From: Octopus vulgaris
Lineage: Eukaryota
Length of the DNA stretch: 64,000 nucleotides
Assembly: GCA_951406725.2 (NCBI GenBank)
Contig: CATOCA020000001.1
Coordinates: forward strand, 6,076,001-6,140,000
Direction of reading: 5' to 3'
The position numbers and the translations under genes were made by a program. Position 1 is the stretch's first letter; each line of letters begins with the position of its first letter. Of the stretch, positions 55,979-64,000 are shown piece after piece. Below the pieces are notes generated by a model. The model was given only the letters and a program-made list of their open reading frames with translations. It did not search any database and was not told the DNA's origin.

Positions 55979-56157
55979 TGCGTTGGTCGGAATAACGTCT
56001 TTAACGTCTTTTTAAAATTTTCCTTTTCTATTAGGTCCAACGGTGTTCTGCCAATTTTGTTTTTACAGTAAAAGTTGGCCCCGTGGTGGGCTAGGTAACT
56101 GGCAACCACCACGCCAGAACACCTTTCTTCGTTTCCCAGTTTCAGCTCTTCGCCGAA
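55979..56157 (-). CDS. Exon B: last ankyrin repeat, Mind bomb-type
   Basis: Acceptor catttgtag|TTCGGC, donor ACGCA|gtaagt; 179 nt, phase 0-2. FGEELKLGNEERCSGVVVASYLAHHGANFYCKNKIGRTPLDLIEKENFKKTLKTLFRPT resembles the MIB1/2 segment 'IACFLAANGADL..RNKKGQSPLDL' before the RING. Not in the ORF track. Confidence 0.9.
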
Positions 56158-56819
56158 CTACAAATGATGAAATATAAAATGATAAGTTAAAGATTACACA
56201 AACATATACTAAAGATGCCCCAAATTACACAACAGTTCAACTACATTTTCACATAGTTTGTTTCTCCAGTGACTAAACTATTCACACAGAGTTGATTTCT
56301 TACATCATCTCTTAGTTGAGTCCACTTTTCATTATCATTTGTTTTTACTTTACGTTCTACATTAAGACAAAAATTAAGATCATTATATTGAAGAAAACAC
56401 ACATTAGTGGTCAACGTTATTGCTTAACAATGATATTTAATGAGTAAATATTTACTTGCCAATCACAAATGTCACAAACTATTCAATTAAAACACAATAT
56501 AAAGTTATTATAACATCAAGTCAAATATACAACGTATAAGGACAGAAATGTCACAATAATGAAAGACAACAAACCAACAAGAACCTATCTCTACAACTGG
56601 CTTGATAGAGCCAAATGGCCACAGCAAGAGAAATACTTACGGAAGAGTATTGTATATATAAATATAACAACCCAAATAATGTAAGTTATACCAGAAAAGA
56701 GAATACCAACAACATAACAAGGCCCTCAAGCATAACAACTAAATTAAAAACACACAGACATATCTAAACAGATCGATAATGTTTCCATAATTAAGTGGAT
56801 TTGAAACAAAAACTGGATA

Positions 56820-57137
56820 TATAAGGCATCGGATGTTGTGTGCGAGAGAGAAGACTGCGATGGTATTATTATGCAATGCATATGGATGAAGACAGCTGCA
56901 TCAAGAAGTGCAGATTTTTAATTGTGGAAGGAAAGTGCGGAAGGGGTGGACCCAGGAAGACGTGTGATTAAGTGGTGAGAAAGGACCGTTAGACGTTGGG
57001 CCTCACAGAGCAGATGACAAAGGACTGAGTCATAGAAAGCATACGGAAACAGACATGGAGCCCTGATAGCTCCTCAGCTGGCCAGTTCCTGTCAAAGAAT
57101 GCAACGTCTGCCAGCATGAAAAAACATGATGATGATG
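56820..57137 (+). mobile_element. Old RTE 3' fragment
   Basis: ERRLRWY...MDEDSCIKKC...VEGKCGRGGPRKT, followed by an (atg)n tail. Confidence 0.8.
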
Positions 57138-57535
57138 AATTAATAAAAAAATTTGTTTTGATGATGAATATGACGAAAGAGAAGAACGAACTGGTGTCAC
57201 GATTGAGTATGTGCACCAACACATTATAGTTGATAAACTGTTCAAACTGTTTGTCGGATGGAAAATTCCAGTCGGTGGAGAGGTCACTGGCTGCCAGAGT
57301 AGGTTTCTCACACCAAAGTAGACATTACTACAATACACAGATAATCATCAACTGTTTGAAAAGATAGTCCCACATTTCAAGTGTCCTTTATTTATGCGGG
57401 TAGCAGGGAGTTGCTTGAATTCTGCAACGGTTAACAATAGTGATGGATAGATGTGTGTGCCTTTGCATGATTTGTATATATATATATATAATTTTAAGTT
57501 TCAGCTCAGAGCTGCGTCCATGGTGATGCACCGCC

Positions 57536-57623
<88 letters not shown>

Positions 57624-57629
57624 ATATAT

Positions 57630-57666
<37 letters not shown>

Positions 57667-57739
57667 ATATTTATATATATATATCTTATATTATACATAT
57701 AGTATATATATATTATATATATATATATATATTATACAT

Positions 57740-57788
<49 letters not shown>

Positions 57789-57802
57789 CATATCATATTA
57801 TA

Positions 57803-57867
<65 letters not shown>

Positions 57868-57871
<4 letters not shown>

Positions 57872-58005
57872 AGAAGTCACAAAAAAGATGAAGACAAGTA
57901 GTGTAGACAAAAAAAGGCTTTAACGTTTCGAGCCTACGCTCTTCCACACAAAGCAACACAGAAAGAAATAAGGAGAGAAAATAAAGAATGAGAAGTGGCC
58001 AGTGA

Positions 58006-58008
<3 letters not shown>
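57868..58008 (-). mobile_element. Short repeat with degenerate hammerhead-like motif (57917-57954)
   Basis: Minus strand: gcttt|GTGTGGA|a|gagc-gtag-gctc|GAAACGTT|aaagc; inserted in (TA)n. Confidence 0.5.
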
Positions 58009-58047
<39 letters not shown>

Positions 58048-58106
58048 TCGATAGTTTTACACACACGCACACATACACACATTTAGCCGTTGCCATCTAC
58101 ATATAC

Positions 58107-58149
<43 letters not shown>

Positions 58150-58670
58150 TGCGTGTAGTTGTACATACAATGCTTAAATGCAGGGAAAACTCCCTAAGGA
58201 CCTTAATTCATTGTATCCATTCTCTAGTGTTCTGAGATTCAACATTGTTATGGCATTTCCACAGAACGCCAGAGCATATATGATATCTGTTCTTTTGAAG
58301 AATTCTTCATAGAATGGACTGGATGTATTTATCATGGCACCAGCACCATAAAGGTTATCCTTTATCATGTCACCTGTATCATTATTATTAAGGAATATTT
58401 CCTCTCTTCAGGAGGTCACCTCTCCTCTACACAGTAATGGCTGTGTTTATATGACCAATGTTCAAGATAGGCTACCTTCTTTATGGTGGAGAGGCCATGG
58501 CTTTGAGGGTAGCAGGAGATGGAATTTTCCTAGTTACAAAATATAACTAAGGCTATCAAGTGGGGGACTGGGTTACTTAAAAGAAAGGTTGATGAGTGTG
58601 AATTGAGACATGACAGTCAATGTTTGTTTGTCTGTCTGTCTCTCGCTCTCTCACTCTCCTTCTTTCAAAA

Positions 58671-58736
<66 letters not shown>

Positions 58737-58771
58737 GCACACAGATATTCATAAACAATTTCCAAACTTAC

Positions 58772-58990
58772 CTTATCTAAAATACTTAAAGGTTCAACCT
58801 CGGAATGAAACCTCCTCCTCCACCTCCTCTTCACAGCCAGGTGCAGACAATTGTTGCCTTTATTATTGACAACATTTACGTCTGCACCTTTTGCTATCAA
58901 CTGGTGCACCATTCCGACGTGGCCCTCAGAGACAGCTAAAAGCAATGGTGTCATTTCCAAATGGTTCTTGATGTCAAGCTGAACAGAATC
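58772..58990 (-). CDS. Exon A (most 5' exon found) of Mind bomb-like ankyrin-RING-Death domain gene: ankyrin repeats
   Basis: Acceptor ...ctctacaaag|GATTCT, donor GATAAG|gtaagt; 219 nt, phase 0-0. Translates DSVQLDIKNHLEMTPLLLAVSEGHVGMVHQLIAKGADVNVVNNKGNNCLHLAVKRR...LDK, with TPLxxA..G / GADVN..N..G...LHLA ankyrin motifs. Confidence 0.92.
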
Positions 58991-59803
58991 CTTTGTAGAG
59001 TTAAAAATGGAAAATGAAAATCTGCATGAAAATTCGGGTAGATACCAATGTGTTATTACTGTCTTCTACTGGGTACTTGACCAAACTAATCATACACACT
59101 TGATGTCTGTCAGTAAAGAGAACCTTCGTAAAGTACCTCCATAACTTCCTTTGAATGTATATTAGAGACATAATCTAAGTTGTCATATTATAGTCAGGAA
59201 TAAAGATTCATGACTATAGTAAGTTTTAGGAGAACTGAGAAAGGGTGAAGACATGATTAACGAATCAAGTGTAGTAAAGAAGAATTATTCGCTTAATGTT
59301 TACTTTTGATGTTGCTATATTAATAAGGGGTTCATAAAACTGCTGAGGCAGTTAGTGTCCACTCCCGTAAAATTAATGTACACTTTCGACTCTCTGGTCC
59401 TTTGATGGTTGGATTCTGTACAACGGGTTCTGTTGCATCCTCCGGTGCAGAATGCATCACCTCGGATGTCTTGTTCTAAAGAAAATACTTTGCTAATTGT
59501 TCTCTGATTCGTTTTGCAGGTTGTTCTGTGCAATGCAATAATCCCAAAACCTACAATATTTAGAGTTAAAATCTAAGGATGATGAACGTGTAAGATGATA
59601 GTAAGTTTTTCACAATCCGCATAAGTTTGTAAACTTTGCTATATTGAAGATTGATATGCAGTAAAAAAGTTACTTTCTACTTTATGGTTGGCAACTGGAG
59701 TTGCCGTATCTGCCACTAAAGGTTGACCTAACGAATAGCTAGCAGATTACCACTCGTTTGTGTAATTACTACTTTCGAGGTGCCGGTAGCTATATTTTCA
59801 TAC

Positions 59804-59895
<92 letters not shown>

Positions 59896-59903
59896 TATGT
59901 ATG

Positions 59904-59934
<31 letters not shown>

Positions 59935-60150
59935 GTATATATACATACATGCATATATATATATATGTATATGTATATACATATATATATACCATCATAC
60001 ATATATATATATATATATATATACATGCATATATATATATATACATACACACACACATATATATATGCAAACCAAATAGAAAAACGATATATATATATAT
60101 ATATATATACATATATATGTATGCATACATACACACACACACACACACAA

Positions 60151-60193
<43 letters not shown>

Positions 60194-60195
<2 letters not shown>

Positions 60196-60327
60196 TCTGG
60201 CGAACCTGATGGCTACACCAGACTCCAATCTCATCAGCCGTAGAAACTCTGCCAGACCAGATTGGAGTCTGGTGCAGCCATCTGGTTCGCCATGCTAGCA
60301 TGGGAACTGGACGTTATACGATGATGA

Positions 60328-60330
<3 letters not shown>
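60194..60330 (+). mobile_element. RTE-type 3' tail fragment with fold-back 5' junction
   Basis: gccgtagaaac...ccatgctagcatggga..ggacgtta..cgatgatgatg; gatggctacaccagactccaatct is inverted against agattggagtctggtgcagccatc. Confidence 0.65.
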
Positions 60331-60370
<40 letters not shown>

Positions 60371-60374
60371 TATA

Positions 60375-60976
60375 AAAATTAGATAAAACTTAGATGTGTT
60401 TCGAACAAACATTGGTCCAGGCCATGTCTAACTTAATAGCACCACCTGATAGGATTATCTGAATCATGTTTAAGTCAAGTTTTGTTTATGGTCCATTCAA
60501 GTATTGGAGTTTTTGTTGGGTGAATTGTATCCAATTATGGGTGGTTTATCTGGTATTTTTTGAAGGAATCTATCCAGACTCCGTTTAAAGTTGATGGGAT
60601 CCTTTTCCTCTTTGATCTCTTTCGGGACAATGTTAAATAGGGCAGGGCCTGTTGAGGAAAAGAAATTATGTTGCAGTGTAAATGTATGCTGTGATCTTGA
60701 ATTGGGCAGGGGACGTATGGCCCGTGGTCCAAGTCTTGGATGAACCTTGAAGCTAATGTTTAGGTCGACTGGGCAAAGTTGGCAGTATATTCTCCACATC
60801 GTACAAATGATGTACCGCTCACGGCGACGCTGGAGAGAGTAGAGTTTCAAGGCTTTAAGGTGATCCCAATTATCTAGAGCAGCCATGCCTTCAATTCGTT
60901 TAGTGACTGCCTTCTGGGGGGATTCAATCCTCGAGATGTTTTGTCTTGTATGGGGAGACCACAGTGGGCAGCAGTA

Positions 60977-60980
<4 letters not shown>
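60375..60980 (-). mobile_element. CR1-clade LINE 3' fragment
   Basis: EYCCPLWSP...LKLYSLQRRRERY.I...GPALFNIVPKEIK...FKRSLDRFLQKIPDKP. Confidence 0.88.
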
Positions 60981-61033
<53 letters not shown>

Positions 61034-62689
61034 CGTTTTTCTATTTGGTTTGCAAGCTTCTTTACGTGAATTCGTATGTTGAAGCATATTTTATTGTGTC
61101 TGGGGAGTCACTCCTCGTTTATTTTTTATTGCCTAATTACGTAACACACAAAATACTTCGATTCCCATTCATTTATTTGTTTATTTTTTCTTAAATTTTC
61201 GTTGCTTCTTGAAACCTCTTCAATAGTCATAGACTTTGTCCGTTATCGGAGCTGCTTATTTTTTCTTGCATGTTTCGGTGCATGGGTGTACATCAGTGTG
61301 CATGTGCATACACGTATGTATGTTTTTATTATGTATATATGTGTGTGTATGCATGTATATATATATATATATATAAATATATATATATAAATGTACGCGC
61401 GTGTACGTTTGTATATATGTACTCTGCAAATTCATGTGCTTGTGTGTGTTCATGGTTCTGTATTTGTGTAAGTGTTTGTGTGTGTGTGTGTGTATGTGTT
61501 TGTGTGTGTGTGTGCGTGTTATTTTCATTTGTATGTGTGCTTTCCATGCTGACAAATAAGCATTGACTTTCTCCAAGAACTAACCAGTGGACCATGTCTC
61601 TGTTGTCCATTTTTATTTAGAATGGCAGCTAAGGCTGGGAAGCCTTCTTAATGCAAACCCCAAAGCAGAGTGTACTGGATGCTCTGGCACCATCCTTTAA
61701 GTGGTTCTCATGTCCTAACCAAAACAAGCCTAAGTTTCCTCTCTACCCTATGAGATCTCCATTCATTCATATTCCATTTTTTGTGACATCAGTCCTAGAG
61801 ACATTGCCTTCCCCCAGGCTCCTCATTTGTCTAAATTTGTTCTAGATAACCTGATCAAGAGTGGGTAGAAAGGAGGGTAAATGCGGACGATGGGTCTAGG
61901 ATGCGAGGCAAGGAAGCAGTAATGCTTCTAGAAAAGTAATGTGTGTATGTCAAAATAGGGATAATAGTGGCAGGTGCTTGTTTTGTATGTTAAGGGGAGA
62001 GTAACAAGTGGTGGGTTACTGGAAGAATGATGGTCAGCGGGGAAGTGAGCGACCAGGGAGAGAGGGGGTGACAATCATAATCAGAGTTATAGAAAGGGAG
62101 AGGAGGAGGGAAACATGGGTGACGGATGTCAATGGAAGTGTATGTGTATACATAAAAACGATTGTGTATATATTTATATACACAAACACACATATAAAGG
62201 ACATTTGTATAGTTATAGTAACCAGTAAAAAACAGTAAGAGTAGGTTTAATTACAAGAAAAAAAATTAATTAGTTATAAACATAGAAACCATTCTTCATA
62301 TTAGTGACATCAACACATTCCTCACTTAGCAAATCTCAGCAATTCTTCGTTTTATATTTTTCTACGATGGAGAGGAATAATTGCTTGTTTGCTTCGTGTT
62401 ATTCAACCAGTTATTCTATTGCACAGCATTCTATATCAGTTATAATAAGGTGTGTTTCATGTACTGGATATAGATATATTGTAATCGACATAATGCTAGC
62501 TATATACAGTAACTGGTCATTTTTGGCAGTTGCGCGACAGGGAGAGAAAATAAAAAAAGGTTTAGTGGGTAGCGATCTATCATGGCGATCTATCATATAT
62601 ATATATTTATATAGCGGCGTACGTACACTTTGTTATCTCCCTCCCTCTATATATATCTCTCTCTATCTATCTCTATCTCTCTCTCTCTC

Positions 62690-62895
62690 TCTTGACCGCG
62701 TGAGTACCGTTGGCGTTATTTTTCCCTCTGTCTTCCCTTCTCTGGATCTTTCCTTCTCCTATGTTTCCGACGAAGAGCTCCGCTCGAAACGTTAAACCCT
62801 CCTTCTTTCTTCTTTCCTGAGCGTCCAATAATACTATATTGTTTCACGTCCTCGCGTTGTTGTGTTTTCTCTTTGTGTTTTCATTTTTGGATTAC
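62690..62895 (+). mobile_element. Short repeat with minimal hammerhead-like motif (62763-62797)
   Basis: gttt|CCGACGA|a|gagc-tcc-gctc|GAAACGTT|aaac; flanked by microsatellites. Confidence 0.6.
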
Positions 62896-62927
62896 GCATA
62901 TATATTTATATATACATATATATATAC

Positions 62928-63033
<106 letters not shown>

Positions 63034-63049
63034 ACGTATATATGCTGGC

Positions 63050-63591
<542 letters not shown>

Positions 63592-63639
63592 ATTGATAGA
63601 TAGATAGATATATAGATAGAGAGAGAGACAGACAGACAT

Positions 63640-63700
<61 letters not shown>

Positions 63701-63865
63701 AAGAAATAGATAGACACACACATCCATATATGGTTGTAGTGTAAGGAGCTTTTTTCCCAACCATACGCGGTTCTACGTTGAATCCCTCTGCATGGAAACT
63801 CAGGCAGGTATATTCTACTCTTGCCTTGGGCTGAACAAAATCTATGTGTGTGCCTATGTATGTGT

Positions 63866-63899
<34 letters not shown>

Positions 63900-64000
63900 G
63901 TGCGTGCGTGCGTGTGTGTGTGTGTGTAGCAAAGAGGCTGAGAGGATAAGTGATATGCTTAAAATAAAAAAGTACTGGGATCGATACATTTGACTAAAAA

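Noticed and set aside
58174-58373. 64-aa intronic minus-strand ORF (MIKDNLYGAG...)
   Set aside because: No recognisable homology; exons A and B join in frame without it.
59315-59549. Minus-strand ORF with a plausible acceptor upstream of exon A
   Set aside because: No ankyrin or other recognisable motif and no clear donor; cannot be joined to the gene.

Overview
AT-rich, microsatellite-saturated animal DNA. The SINE, RTE and Penelope repertoire strongly suggests an octopus (coleoid cephalopod) genome; this is inferred from repeat families I recognise. Most ORFs in the track are simple-repeat noise. The one host gene I can build is on the minus strand: six GT-AG exons (58772-58990, 55979-56157, 53045-53187, 47131-47181, 43771-43842, 41643-41842) splice in frame to 287 aa. 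They encode the C-terminal part of a Mind bomb-like ankyrin-repeat + C3HC4 RING protein that ends, unusually, in a Death domain. Its 5' exons were not found here. A decayed paralogous 3' end lies at about 18.6-21.2 kb. Mobile elements include a Penelope GIY-YIG fragment, a near full-length Tx1/L1-clade LINE, RTE, CR1, Hero-like and R4/Dong-like LINEs, Tc1, mariner and Chapaev-like DNA transposons, a non-autonomous Helitron and many tRNA-SINEs. The most notable non-coding signal is a set of minimal type I hammerhead-ribozyme motifs in short repeats. One sits in each unit of a ~565-bp tandem repeat (retrozyme/pLTR-like), one has a compensatory G3-C8 core swap, and one with a canonical core lies sense in an intron of the gene. 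The window also has many local fold-back inverted duplications.
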